Shown: piece after piece, positions 1-13,610 of the stretch
How positions within the stretch are numbered: position 1 is the stretch's first letter
Layout of the letters: every line of letters begins with the position of its first letter
Assembly: GCA_904063045.1 (NCBI GenBank)
Contig: CAJFCJ010000003.1
Location: 1-64,000, forward strand
Length of the DNA: 64,000 nt
Direction: 5' to 3'
Source of the DNA: Dimorphilus gyrociliatus
Taxonomy: Eukaryota > Animalia > Annelida
The notes under the pieces: generated by a model
What the model was told of the DNA's origin: nothing
Databases searched by the model: none
What the model saw: the letters and a program-made list of their open reading frames with translations, nothing else
Program-made: the position numbers and the translations under genes

Positions 1-1492
1 GCCTACTACTTCCAAAAGAGAATTTTGGTGGTTCATAAGAAGCCAGAGGAAGTTGAGGATGATCAATCAATTTTTGAAAAAAAGACTCTCCAACAATGTG
101 CGTTTAAACACAAGACTCTTTTGGAAAAGAACATTCTACAACATCAAACTTAATGAACCTAACTGAAACAAAAACAAGAGATACAGTTCAACAACCTCCT
201 TCCCAACACATTTTAGATGATATCATCAGACATGCTTTGAATGAGGAGAATGTGGTAACAAAATTAAATTTCTCAAAAATAGTGTTGATTGGGTATCACC
301 CTTAAAGACATCATCACCAATACTAGAAACAGACCCAACAAAATCAAATTGTTCAGAATGACACCAGTTACAGTATTTCACTTGACTCTAGCGAAATGGA
401 TTTATTCGATGAAGCAGCTTGGATAGAATTAGAGGAGAGGAAATCTGAAGCTGAAGCTCAATCATCTAAAGAAAAAATAAAAGTCAACAAAAATTTTTCT
501 TTTGATGGATGCAATTTTCTCATTCTCAGTATGACTGATCATATTACAAATTATAAAGGATGGAGAATGGTTGTTAGAAACCATTATAGAAGGATAAAAG
601 TTAATCATCTCTATAGAGAATGGGGGAAAATTTTTCTCTCAGACAGAGAGGCAAAGAATTATGCAAAATTATTGGAACCAAATATTCCATTAAAAACAGA
701 CTTTTTCATGATATGTGACAGCTCTTTTAGAGATGTCCAAATAAAGAATATAGCATTGTCTGGTCAAAAATACAATGCTTGTAAAATGGCATCATGATAA
801 ACATCAGCCAATTAAATTTTGACGACGTTTTGGCAATTATTACAAAATGGGATATTAATTATAAATATGTCTTTATTCATGCCAACTTGAATTCGTCAAA
901 AGCTACTTGTGGAATTGCAACAGTTTGAAGAGGAAGTTTGGAAATTGTAAAATGTTATCATTGCTATTCCATTTGGTACAAAACCATTCTTTTCTTCTTA
1001 TAAGGATGTTAAGATGGCAGCAACAGATAGAGCTACAATACTGGATTTGACTAACATGAAGAGCTTGGGATTTTTTTGAAAGTCCAACTGGAAATTCGAA
1101 ATCTAAACACTTGACAAAAAAATGTCAGGAATTTTCCATCAACTTGATAATGAAAAGCTTGGGAAGAATTGTGAATGATAAAGATACATCTGTTAATAAG
1201 GTAGCTATTTTTGGTAGGATGTTAAATATGCAATATGTTGTTAATCTAAGCAAATATCAGATTCCCAGTCACATATACCATTTCTTGAACCTTGGTTTAA
1301 AATTTGTATATGAAATCATTAAACCAAAGAAATGGAAGCAATATACTTTATTTAATTTAGAAAAATTTTTAAAAAATTGTCAATTGTTGTAAACAAAACA
1401 AAAAATCAGGCACAGATTTCAATCTTAGGTATATTAATCACCAATGGAAGCCAAAAGATAATCACATAAATATTGATTGTAATCAAATTCAA

Positions 1493-1523
<31 letters not shown>

Positions 1524-3961
1524 CTGAAAATGATGATCTGCTAAAATTTTACAACACCTGCAGAAAAGCTATCAACAATCATCTGCTCAGAGGAAATTCA
1601 AAAAACTTGAAAAATTTGATAAAGACTTTTTACATCTTTAACAGAATTTCTCTCATTGAACATTGTTATCAAACCAGCTGACAAAGGATCCTGCATTGTA
1701 ATACAAAACACTCACGATTATATTCAAATGTGCAATCAGCTACTCTCAGACAAAAGACAATACTGCCAACTATCTACAACTTGTAATATCAATGGTTCTG
1801 GTGAAGATGAATTTTTGAAGAAATCAGTATCCTATTACAAAGATTTGATTAACACTTTCAAAGTTACATTGAATGAAAATGAATATAAACAATTGTTGGA
1901 TTCTCTATCATCAAAGAAGCATTCTTTTAAGAATAGGATTTTTTATGGATTACCAAAGATACACAAAGACATGGATGAATGGCTTGTAAGAGGACAATTC
2001 CAAAAGGCAGACCAGTTGTTAGCAACCTAGGAACAGAATCTTTTGAAATATCAAGATACCTGTCACATCACCTCAAACCAATCAGTATGCTGCATTCATC
2101 ATATATTGGCAATACACAACAGCTGTTACATGAACTTGAACAAGTGAAAATTCCTAATGGTGCACTCCTCATAACATTGGATGTTAAAAACATGTATACA
2201 AACATTAATACGTATACTGGACTAAAAGCTGTTAAATATTTTCTACAAAAGATTCCTTCAAAGCAGAGATCTGATGACTTTCTTATTGAGCTTCTCAAAT
2301 TCAACTTGCATAAGAATCATTTCAAGTTTTTGAACAAAACATATTTGCAAAAGAGTGGTTGTGCAATGGGTCAGAGTTATGCTCCAGCCTATGCAAACAT
2401 TTGGATGGCTTGGATTGAAGAAGTCTATCTTTTTAATATTCAACCTTCGCCTATATTTTATAAAAGATATTTGGATGATATTTTCTTAATTTGGACAAGC
2501 AGTTTGGATGAATTTTATAAATACCTCTACAAAGCTAATAGTATATTAAAAAATTTAAAGTTCAAAGAAACTATCAGCTCAGAATCTATCAACTTTTTAG
2601 ATTTGACTCTCTTCAAAGGAACAAGATTTCTCTCAACAAACCAATTGGATCATACAACTTTTTTTAAAAGTTGTGAAACATTCCGCCAACTCCATAAAAG
2701 TTCTTTTCATCCAAAACATATTTTTAAAGGAATTTTGAAATCTCAATTTCAAAGATTTCTAACAAACAGCTCTTCTCAGTTTCTATTTTCTCAAACTTGT
2801 CAAACTGTTATGAAACCTCTTTTAGATCAAGGCTACAAAAGAAAGGAAATAATCAAAATCGTCAGAATTGTAGTTAAAGAAAAAGCCAAAAAGGATCAGT
2901 TTGAAAAAATGTTGGCAGAAAATAAAAGCACAAATTTATATATTCCACATGAGTTTTCTTTGCATTTTAATACAAGAGAAAAAATATTCTGCCCATTGAA
3001 AATGAATTTTTTACACAGGAGAAATTGTGTAAATCTAACAGAAAAGGCATCACAAGTATTTCTACTTCAATGTAAAGAATGTGGGCAGTTGATGTTTTTC
3101 TCCACACAACAACAACATACCAATATCAACATTTTCCAAACTCTATTTTTCCTTTTAACAAGGAAATATTTAAAACTAGAGAATAATGAACTTATGGAAA
3201 ACTTTATCCAGCATCATCATTTTGCAGAAAATCATTTAAATATAACAATATTCCCTTATGAACAATTACAAACTAACTTATCAACAGTCCAAATGAATCA
3301 ATATATCTATCATCTCAACATCAAACACATTATGTATCATCCTTTTGGTTTAGCTAGATATACAAGTTGTCAGATATTTACAAAACTACCATTTGTTATG
3401 CCCTATCAAAAAAATCTTGGACCATTGTTAAAAATATTATCAAACACTTATGGCAACTTGACAAAAAACATTGAAATATTTAAACAAATTCCACTGATAT
3501 TTGCTTTTACAAACAACAAATGCAGCTATTTTCAATTAATTCATAATAACATATCTTACAAACAGCAACAAAATAAATCCATTTCTTCGTCCATTTCTTC
3601 CACTTCTTCCACTTCTTCCAGTGAAAAGGATAGCAGCCAAGAAGTGAAAAAAACATCAGAAGAAGAAAATCATTCATTAAAGAAATTAAACAAGAGGAAA
3701 AGCACACCATCCAACACTCTTTCAACTCCTCAAGGAAAAAAATCCAAATGTGAAAATCTAGAAGGTGAACATTCAAATGAGAAATATTGTGAAGCAAAAT
3801 CAGGCAATGAAAAGTTTAAAACACCTTCTCCTCCATCTTCATCACTAACAAAAACAAGAAAATTTTCTCTAAAGAGAAAAGTTGAAAATGAAGAACAGCA
3901 ACACCAACAAGCATCACAGAAAATTATAAGAACTGGACGAAGAATTAAAAAGAAACTGTAA
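1..3961 (+). CDS. Partial copy 1 of the PLE reverse transcriptase polyprotein; starts mid-ORF, with indel-broken frames over 1-1978 and an intact frame over 1979-3961
   Basis: Colinear with 31466-35435. The 660-aa ORF matches the C-terminal part of the 1685-aa ORF apart from its first few frameshifted residues (LDVKNMYTNI, GCAMGQSYAP, RYLDD). Upstream fragments 396-797, 1111-1392 and 1656-2030 match it apart from single-base indels. Confidence 0.9.
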
Positions 3962-5257
3962 ACATTTAAAATATTTTTAGAAATTGTTTCTTTAGTTAGA
4001 ATACTTTTTTGTTGTTGTCTTAATATTAGTTTAGGATTACTAACATTGCATATATATACACACATATATATATATATATCTGGTTTTTGTGTCAGTGTAG
4101 TCTTTTGCTCCATCTAAATTTTGTGGAAAAAATATAACAATATCTTGCTTCAAAATTTTTTCTTTCAAATGGCAAAAACAAGTCAGCAAAACCAAATTGA
4201 AGGCTTAGAAAAGAATGGAAATATAACCAATGAAACACTTGCAATGGAATATTTTCTACCATCTTCTCTCAACCAATTTTTTAACTTTGGTATATTTTAC
4301 AATTATCTTCATTAATTTAAAAGAGAACAAACAAATCATCATTCTCCTCTTTTTAATGCAAATCAATTTAAAAAAGAATATGATTGAAAAAAATTCTCGC
4401 AGTTGAACAAGAAAAAGAAACAAATCATATCAATACAGCTCATCTGGCAGAATGAAAATGTTGATGAAATGACAAGACATCAACTCAAGCATTCGAAAAA
4501 ATCTAAGAGGTTTGAAATTTTATGACAATTTAACAACAATTGTGATTTGTTGCTATTAACTGATAAGAATCTCAATTAAAACTTAGACTAGGAATATCTG
4601 AATTAATCAAAGAAACAAAATGAAATTGTAAACAAAAATGATAATTGTGAAATAACACCAGATGTTCTTTCAACAGATATGCCAAAAAACTGACATATCA
4701 GAAATTACATAATAATGCCATATGTCATTCAACAAAAAACAAAAAAAATCAAATATCTGACATTTTTGTAACTTGAAATATTACACAATATGAAATGATT
4801 GACATGATATCTTGCAATTGTGACATGTGTCAATTACATAATCAGCAGCTATATAATTGGAATATTTTACACACATACCATCATTCCTTCAAAGTCTTCC
4901 ACTACCAACACAACCCTTTCATCTTCTTCAATTCTACAAATATACAACTTCTACCAACTTTACAAAAGAGAAATAACTCAACCTACAAACTCAAACAGAA
5001 AGCAACAAAACCTACAAGTAAATAAAAGGTGAGTAAATATTTCATGTTCAATAAAGTCTCAAAAGAAAGAACCATGAGTTTTTGACCCAGGTTCCTTTCA
5101 TTGTTCATTTATGTCATTTCCATTTACGGTTCATACATCCACACAAAAAACAAACAAAAAATAAAACAAACAATATAATTGCAAGGAAGGAATTAATTAC
5201 AGAATTGATCCTATCCTCTCCTTCAAGATAGTAGTAAGTGAAGCTATCCTCTGAAAA

Positions 5258-5307
5258 TGGCCCTGATGAGTCTTTGCTAAAGGGGAAGACGAAACCATGG
5301 TAGGTCA
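5258..5307 (+). ncRNA. Type I hammerhead ribozyme, first unit in the 3' UTR of RT copy 1
   Basis: TGGCC-CTGATGA-GTCTT...AAGAC-GAAA-CCATGGTA-GGTCA. Stem I is TGGCC/GGTCA (one G-U), stem II is GTCTT/AAGAC, and the predicted cleavage is GUA|GGUCA. Confidence 0.9.
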
Positions 5308-5401
5308 AAAATTCTTTGGCAATCATTTGAAAACTCAACACATTGATCAAAATAAAACATACATTCAACAAAAAAGTTCATTCTTCATAGTTGTACAAAA
5401 A

Positions 5402-8400
5402 GTTCTTACTCTTGCATCTCACAATAATGGGGGATCTCCTGAAACTTTGTTGGAAGTTATTCAACTTTCATCAGAACTTAGATCTTAGTATCTAGTTCAA
5501 CATTACAAAAACCTAATCAGAAGTAAGGAGAGTCAAGGGGTTTGACGAACAGTACAAGTTGAATTCTATGTCTGATCATCCAGCTTACAAAAAAATTAAA
5601 CAAAAAATATTTCAAAATACAACAGTACTCATATGTTTATTCATACAAACAAACATACATTTATTACAAAATTCAACTTCCACAGTTGATATTACAATAA
5701 AACACATCTATACATTATTAGACATACAGTTACAAAAAATTATCTCTTCCATTCAATCTATGCACATTCATCAATCTTATGACAAAAATAAAATGCAAGG
5801 CAGGATACAATTGCAGAATTGGTCCTGACCTCCCCTTCAAGGTAGTGTAAGTGAAGCTATCTTCTGAAATGACCCTGATGAGTCTTTGCAAAAGGGGAAG
5901 ACGAAACCATGGTAGGTCAACCATACTTGGTTCCATTTCACTTAATACTAGATATATACTACATTAAGACATTAAATCATCAATCAACTTGAGATGTGAA
6001 GACTACTTGATTCATATTGTGCAATAAGTTCTTACTCTTGCATCTCACAATAATGGGGGATCTCCTGAAACTTTGTTGGAAGTTATTCAACTTTCATCAG
6101 AACTTAGATCTTAGTATCTAGTTCAACATTACAAAAACCTAATCAGAAGTAAGGAGAGTCAAGGGGTTTGACGAACAGTACAAGTTGAATTCTATGTCTG
6201 ATCATCCAGCTTACAAAAAAATTAAACAAAAAATATTTCAAAATACAACAGTACTCATATGTTTATTCATACAAACAAACATACATTTATTACAAAATTC
6301 AACTTCCACAGTTGATATTACAATAAAACACATCTATACATTATTAGACATACAGTTACAAAAAATTATCTCTTCCATTCAATCTATGCACATTCATCAA
6401 TCTTATGACAAAAATAAAATGCAAGGCAGGATACAATTGCAGAATTGGTCCTGACCTCCCCTTCAAGGTAGTGTAAGTGAAGCTATCTTCTGAAATGACC
6501 CTGATGAGTCTTTGCAAAAGGGGAAGACGAAACCATGGTAGGTCAACCATACTTGGTTCCATTTCACTTAATACTAGATATATACTACATTAAGACATTA
6601 AATCATCAATCAACTTGAGATGTGAAGACTACTTGATTCATATTGTGCAATAAGTTCTTACTCTTGCATCTCACAATAATGGGGGATCTCCTGAAACTTT
6701 GTTGGAAGTTATTCAACTTTCATCAGAACTTAGATCTTAGTATCTAGTTCAACATTACAAAAACCTAATCAGAAGTAAGGAGAGTCAAGGGGTTTGACGA
6801 ACAGTACAAGTTGAATTCTATGTCTGATCATCCAGCTTACAAAAAAATTAAACAAAAAATATTTCAAAATACAACAGTACTCATATGTTTATTCATACAA
6901 ACAAACATACATTTATTACAAAATTCAACTTCCACAGTTGATATTACAATAAAACACATCTATACATTATTAGACATACAGTTACAAAAAATTATCTCTT
7001 CCATTCAATCTATGCACATTCATCAATCTTATGACAAAAATAAAATGCAAGGCAGGATACAATTGCAGAATTGGTCCTGACCTCCCCTTCAAGGTAGTGT
7101 AAGTGAAGCTATCTTCTGAAATGACCCTGATGAGTCTTTGCAAAAGGGGAAGACGAAACCATGGTAGGTCAACCATACTTGGTTCCATTTCACTTAATAC
7201 TAGATATATACTACATTAAGACATTAAATCATCAATCAACTTGAGATGTGAAGACTACTTGATTCATATTGTGCAATAAGTTCTTACTCTTGCATCTCAC
7301 AATAATGGGGGATCTCCTGAAACTTTGTTGGAAGTTATTCAACTTTCATCAGAACTTAGATCTTAGTATCTAGTTCAACATTACAAAAACCTAATCAGAA
7401 GTAAGGAGAGTCAAGGGGTTTGACGAACAGTACAAGTTGAATTCTATGTCTGATCATCCAGCTTACAAAAAAATTAAACAAAAAATATTTCAAAATACAA
7501 CAGTACTCATATGTTTATTCATACAAACAAACATACATTTATTACAAAATTCAACTTCCACAGTTGATATTACAATAAAACACATCTATACATTATTAGA
7601 CATACAGTTACAAAAATTATCTCTTCCATTCAATCTATGCACATTCATCAATCTTATGACAAAAATAAAATGCAAGGCAGGATACAATTGCAGAATTGGT
7701 CCTGACCTCCCCTTCAAGGTAGTGTAAGTGAAGCTATCTTCTGAAATGACCCTGATGAGTCTTTGCAAAAGGGGAAGACGAAACCATGGTAGGTCAACCA
7801 TACTTGGTTCCATTTCACTTAATACTAGATATATACTACATTAAGACATTAAATCATCAATCAACTTGAGATGTGAAGACTACTTGATTCATATTGTGCA
7901 ATAAGTTCTTACTCTTGCATCTCACAATAATGGGGGATCTCCTGAAACTTTGTTGGAAGTTATTCAACTTTCATCAGAACTTAGATCTTAGTATCTAGTT
8001 CAACATTACAAAAACCTAATCAGAAGTAAGGAGAGTCAAGGGGTTTGACGAACAGTACAAGTTGAATTCTATGTCTGATCATCCAGCTTACAAAAAAATT
8101 AAACAAAAAATATTTCAAAATACAACAGTACTCATATGTTTATTCATACAAACAAACATACATTTATTACAAAATTCAACTTCCACAGTTGATATTACAA
8201 TAAAACACATCTATACATTATTAGACATACAGTTACAAAAAATTATCTCTTCCATTCAATCTATGCACATTCATCAATCTTATGACAAAAATAAAATGCA
8301 AGGCAGGATACAATTGCAGAATTGGTCCTGACCTCCCCTTCAAGGTAGTGTAAGTGAAGCTATCTTCTGAAATGACCCTGATGAGTCTTTGCAAAAGGGG

Positions 8401-9271
8401 AAGACGAAACCATGGTAGGTCAACCATACTTGGTTCCATTTCACTTAATACTAGATATATACTACATTAAGACATTAAATCATCAATCAACTTGAGATGT
8501 GAAGACTACTTGATTCATATTGTGCAATAAGTTCTTACTCTTGCATCTCACAATAATGGGGGATCTCCTGAAACTTTGTTGGAAGTTATTCAACTTTCAT
8601 CAGAACTTAGATCTTAGTATCTAGTTCAACATTACAAAAACCTAATCAGAAGTAAGGAGAGTCAAGGGGTTTGACGAACAGTACAAGTTGAATTCTATGT
8701 CTGATCATCCAGCTTACAAAAAAATTAAACAAAAAATATTTCAAAATACAACAGTACTCATATGTTTATTCATACAAACAAACATACATTTATTACAAAA
8801 TTCAACTTCCACAGTTGATATTACAATAAAACACATCTATACATTATTAGACATACAGTTACAAAAAATTATCTCTTCCATTCAATCTATGCACATTCAT
8901 CAATCTTATGACAAAAATAAAATGCAAGGCAGGATACAATTGCAGAATTGGTCCTGACCTCCCCTTCAAGGTAGTGTAAGTGAAGCTATCTTCTGAAATG
9001 ACCCTGATGAGTCTTTGCAAAAGGGGAAGACGAAACCATGGTAGGTCAACCATACTTGGTTCCATTTCACTTAATACTAGATATATACTACATTAAGACA
9101 TTAAATCATCAATCAACTTGAGATGTGAAGACTACTTGATTCATATTGTGCAATAAGTTCTTACTCTTGCATCTCACAATAATGGGGGATCTCCTGAAAC
9201 TTTGTTGGAAGTTATTCAACTTTCATCAGAACTTAGATCTTAGTATCTAGTTCAACATTACAAAAACCTAA
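5402..9271 (+). repeat. Tandem array of the 626-bp HHR unit (family B), about 6.2 near-identical copies
   Basis: Repeated ORFs start at 5559, 6185, 6811, 7437, 8062 and 8688 (period 625-626). One HHR per unit at 5870, 6496, 7122, 7747, 8373 and 8999. Confidence 0.97.
5870..5919 (+). ncRNA. Type I hammerhead ribozyme, family B representative (6 copies)
   Basis: TGACC-CTGATGA-GTCTTTGCAAAAGGGGAAGAC-GAAA-CCATGGTA-GGTCA. Perfect 5-bp stem I and a full catalytic core. Confidence 0.92.
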
Positions 9272-9373
9272 CCCTAACCCTAACCCTAACCTAAACCTAA
9301 CCCTAACCCTAACCTAACCCTAACCCTAACCCTAACCCTAACCCTAACCCTAACCCTAACCTAACCCTAACCC
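9266..9373 (+). repeat. Interstitial telomeric tract (CCCTAA with CCTAA variants)
   Basis: Direct read. TTAGGG-type repeat on the minus strand. Confidence 0.97.
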
Positions 9374-11893
9374 AGACTAAGTTAACCAACAAAACACATA
9401 TACCCCAAAAAACATTATAATGTTATTTTCAAAACTTACAAACATCAATACAAACAAAAAATTAAAGGCAAGGTAGGACTCAGTTAAAGAATTGATCCTA
9501 GCCTCCCCTTCAAGGTAGCAGTAAGAGAAGCTATACTCAGAAATGACCCTGATGAGTCTTTGCTAAAAGGGGAAGACGAAACCATGGTAGGTCAAAAATT
9601 CTTTGGCAATCATTTGAAAACTCAACACATTGATCAAAATAAAACATACATTCAACAAAAAAGTTCATTCTTCATAGTTGTACAAAAAGTTCTTACTCTT
9701 GCATTCCATCTTGGGATCTCCTGAAACTTTCGATGAAAGTTATTCAACTTTTGTCAGAACTCAGATCTTAGTGTCTAGTTCAACATTATGAAAACCTAAT
9801 CAGAAGTAAGGAGAGTCAAGAGGTTTTGAGGAACAGTACAACTTACAAACTTACAAACTTACACTTCACATCTGATCAACAAACAAACATACAAATACAA
9901 ACAAATACAAATGCAAACATAGATGCATCTATACATTCAAATATCACAGAAAACAATTTTCACCACAAACAATCTAAATTGCAAACAACAATAGACACAT
10001 ACTCAAAAACAAAAAATACTTATCTTAAAACCTACAAACATCAATACAACAAATCATTTTCATACAAGGTAAGACTAAGTTAACCAACAAAACACATATA
10101 CCCCAAAAAACATTATAATGTTATTTTCAAAACTTACAAACATCAATACAAACAAAAAATTAAAGGCAAGGTAGGACTCAGTTAAAGAATAGATCCTAGC
10201 CTCCCCTTCAAGGTAGCAGTAAGAGAAGCTATACTCAGAAATGACCCTGATGAGTCTTTGCTAAAAGGGGAAGACGAAACCATGGTAGGTCAAAAATTCT
10301 TTGGCAATCATTTGAAAACTCAACACATTGATCAAAATAAAACATACATTCAACAAAAAAGTTCATTCTTCATAGTTGTACAAAAAGTTCTTACTCTTGC
10401 ATTCCATCTTGGGATCTCCTGAAACTTTCGATGAAAGTTATTCAACTTTTGTCAGAACTCAGATCTTAGTGTCTAGTTCAACATTATGAAAACCTAATCA
10501 GAAGTAAGGAGAGTCAAGAGGTTTTGAGGAACAGTACAACTTACAAACTTACAAACTTACACTTCACATCTGATCAACAAACAAACATACAAATACAAAC
10601 AAATACAAATGCAAACATAGATGCATCTATACATTCAAATATCACAGAAAACAATTTTCACCACAAACAATCTAAATTGCAAACAACAATAGACACATAC
10701 TCAAAAACAAAAAATACTTATCTTAAAACCTACAAACATCAATACAACAAATCATTTTCATACAAGGTAAGACTAAGTTAACCAACAAAACACATATACC
10801 CCAAAAAACATTATAATGTTATTTTCAAAACTTACAAACATCAATACAAACAAAAAATTAAAGGCAAGGTAGGACTCAGTTAAAGAATTGATCCTAGCCT
10901 CCCCTTCAAGGTAGCAGTAAGAGAAGCTATACTCAGAAATGACCCTGATGAGTCTTTGCTAAAAGGGGAAGACGAAACCATGGTAGGTCAAAAATTCTTT
11001 GGCAATCATTTGAAAACTCAACACATTGATCAAAATAAAACATACATTCAACAAAAAAGTTCATTCTTCATAGTTGTACAAAAAGTTCTTACTCTTGCAT
11101 TCCATCTTGGGATCTCCTGAAACTTTCGATGAAAGTTATTCAACTTTTGTCAGAACTCAGATCTTAGTGTCTAGTTCAACATTATGAAAACCTAATCAGA
11201 AGTAAGGAGAGTCAAGAGGTTTTGAGGAACAGTACAACTTACAAACTTACAAACTTACACTTCACATCTGATCAACAAACAAACATACAAATACAAACAA
11301 ATACAAATGCAAACATAGATGCATCTATACATTCAAATATCACAGAAAACAATTTTCACCACAAACAATCTAAATTGCAAACAACAATAGACACATACTC
11401 AAAAACAAAAAATACTTATCTTAAAACCTACAAACATCAATACAACAAATCATTTTCATACAAGGTAAGACTAAGTTAACCAACAAAACACATATACCCC
11501 AAAAAACATTATAATGTTATTTTCAAAACTTACAAACATCAATACAAACAAAAAATTAAAGGCAAGGTAGGACTCAGTTAAAGAATTGATCCTAGCCTCC
11601 CCTTCAAGGTAGCAGTAAGAGAAGCTATACTCAGAAATGACCCTGATGAGTCTTTGCTAAAAGGGGAAGACGAAACCATGGTAGGTCAAAAATTCTTTGG
11701 CAATCATTTGAAAACTCAACACATTGATCAAAATAAAACATACATTCAACAAAAAAGTTCATTCTTCATAGTTGTACAAAAAGTTCTTACTCTTGCATTC
11801 CATCTTGGGATCTCCTGAAACTTTCGATGAAAGTTATTCAACTTTTGTCAGAACTCAGATCTTAGTGTCTAGTTCAACATTATGAAAACCTAA
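9374..11893 (+). repeat. Tandem array of the 698-bp HHR unit (family A), about 3.6 copies; begins mid-unit on the left and ends at the AAAACCTAA anchor on the right
   Basis: ORF repeats at 9826, 10524 and 11222. HHRs at 9544, 10242, 10940 and 11638. Both ends abut telomeric repeats. Confidence 0.97.
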
Positions 11894-11989
11894 CCCTAAC
11901 CCTAACCCTAACCCTAACCCTAACCTAACCCTAAACCCTAACCTAACCCTAACCCTAACCTAACCCTAACCTAACCTAACCTAACCCTA
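11888..11989 (+). repeat. Interstitial telomeric tract
   Basis: CCCTAA/CCTAA run. Confidence 0.97.
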
Positions 11990-12618
11990 TAAAAAATTAG
12001 GCATCAAAATACAACTATCTCTATGACCAAAATCATCTTCATAATCCTAATAGGAAACAAACTAAAAAAATTACAAAAAAATTACAAAAAACAAATCTCA
12101 ACTTGTTGACAACTATTACAAAAATCAACTTCAATGGTTGATATATACATTCACAATCACACATACACCTACACATAATGATACATATACATACATATAA
12201 CAATTTATGATTAGGCTTATAACCAAAAACTTACTGCAGGGAAGGATTCAATTGTAGAATTGATCCTCTCCTCCCCTTCAAGATAGTTCTTAGGTTATAC
12301 TATCCTCTGAATTGACCCTGATGAGTCTTTGCATTAAAAGGGGAAGACGAAACCATGGTAGGTCAACCATACTTGGCAACCATCTAGATTAATATATCCT
12401 AGGTTAAACATACTATTGCAATTTAAAACCAAATCAAAAACAAACAAACAGACATAAATTGATTAGTGATGGGAAGAGTACTTGTTTTAAAATGTACAAT
12501 AAGTTCTTACTCTTGCATTCCATTTCATTATGGGATCTTCTGAAAGTTTGGTGGAAGTTATTTGACTTTCATCAGAACTGAGACCTTAGTGTCTAGTTCA
12601 AACCTATATAAAACCTAA
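11990..12618 (+). mobile_element. Single diverged HHR unit (family C) between two telomeric tracts
   Basis: Homologous to families A and B around the HHR and in the 3' segment (AAGTTCTTACTCTTGCAT ... TCTAGTTCAA ... AAAACCTAA). Confidence 0.85.
12312..12366 (+). ncRNA. Type I hammerhead ribozyme, family C
   Basis: TTGACC-CTGATGA-GTCTTTGCATTAAAAGGGGAAGAC-GAAA-CCATGGTA-GGTCAA, with a 6-bp stem I. Confidence 0.92.
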
Positions 12619-12655
12619 CCCTAACCCTAACCTAACCCTAACCCTAACCCTAACC
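12613..12655 (+). repeat. Interstitial telomeric tract
   Basis: About 7 CCCTAA/CCTAA units. Confidence 0.95.
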
Positions 12656-13600
12656 AAAATTCTCCACTTTTCTAATATTCCATCAAATATTCTCCAATAT
12701 TCTCCAATATTCATCAATATTCCAAATTACCCAAAATTCTCCAATTTTCAAATATTCCATCAAATATTCCATCAAACACCATCAAATACTCTCAAATATT
12801 CATCGATATTCCAAATAACCCAAAATTCTCCAATTTTCTAACATTCCATCAAATATTCCATCAAACATCATCAAATACTCTCAAATATTCATCGATATTC
12901 CAAATTACCCAAAATTCTCCAATTTTCTAATATTCCATCAAATATTCCATCAAACACCATCAAATACTCTCAAATATTCATCGATATTCCAAATAACCCA
13001 AAATTCTCCAATTTTCTAATATTCCATCAAATATTCCATCAAACACCATCAAATACTCTCAAATATTCATCGATATTCCAAATAACCCAAAATTCTCCAA
13101 TTTTCTAACATTCCATCAAATATTCCATCAAACACCATCAAATACTCTCAAATATTCATCGATATTCCAAATAACCCAAAATTCTCCAATTTTCTAATAT
13201 TCCATCAAATATTCCTTCAAATACTCTCAAATATTCATCAATATTCCAAATTACCCAAAATTCTCCAATTTTCTAATATTTCATCAAATATTCCATTAAA
13301 TATTCTCCAATATTCAAGAATATTCCAAATAACCCAAAATTCTCTAATTTTCTAATATTCCATCAAATATTACATCAAATACTCTCTAATATTCTCCAGT
13401 ATTCTTAATTTCCCAAAATTCACCAATTTTTTAATATTCCATCAAATATTCCATCAAAAAGTATCAAATATTCTCTAATATTCATCAATATTCCAAATTT
13501 CCAAAAATTCTCCAATACTATCCAATATTATATTGTTCCATCAAATATTCAATTAAATATTCTCCAATATTCAAAATTCTCTAATATTATCCAGGAGAAA
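12656..13600. repeat. G-poor satellite with an 89-bp higher-order unit built from ATATTCCATCAA / AATATTCTCC sub-repeats
   Basis: TCCAAAT(T/A)ACCCAAAATTCTCC recurs at 12721, 12810, 12899, 12988, 13077 and 13166, then degenerates. Confidence 0.9.
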
Positions 13601-13610
13601 TATTAACAAA

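Larger units (their letters stand above)
1..9271 (+). mobile_element. Telomere-attached PLE, distal copy: RT, 3' UTR, first HHR unit and 626-bp HHR array, ending at the AAAAACCTAA anchor
   Basis: The RT ORF is followed by a UTR homologous to 35436-36880, then the HHR array, then a direct fusion to telomeric repeats at 9262-9271. Confidence 0.8.

Noticed and set aside
1-1978. Frameshifts in RT copy 1 as programmed frameshifting or true decay
   Set aside because: They are scattered single-base indels, mostly in homopolymers and confined to the window edge, while the rest matches copy 2. Unpolished long-read error is more likely; needs raw reads.
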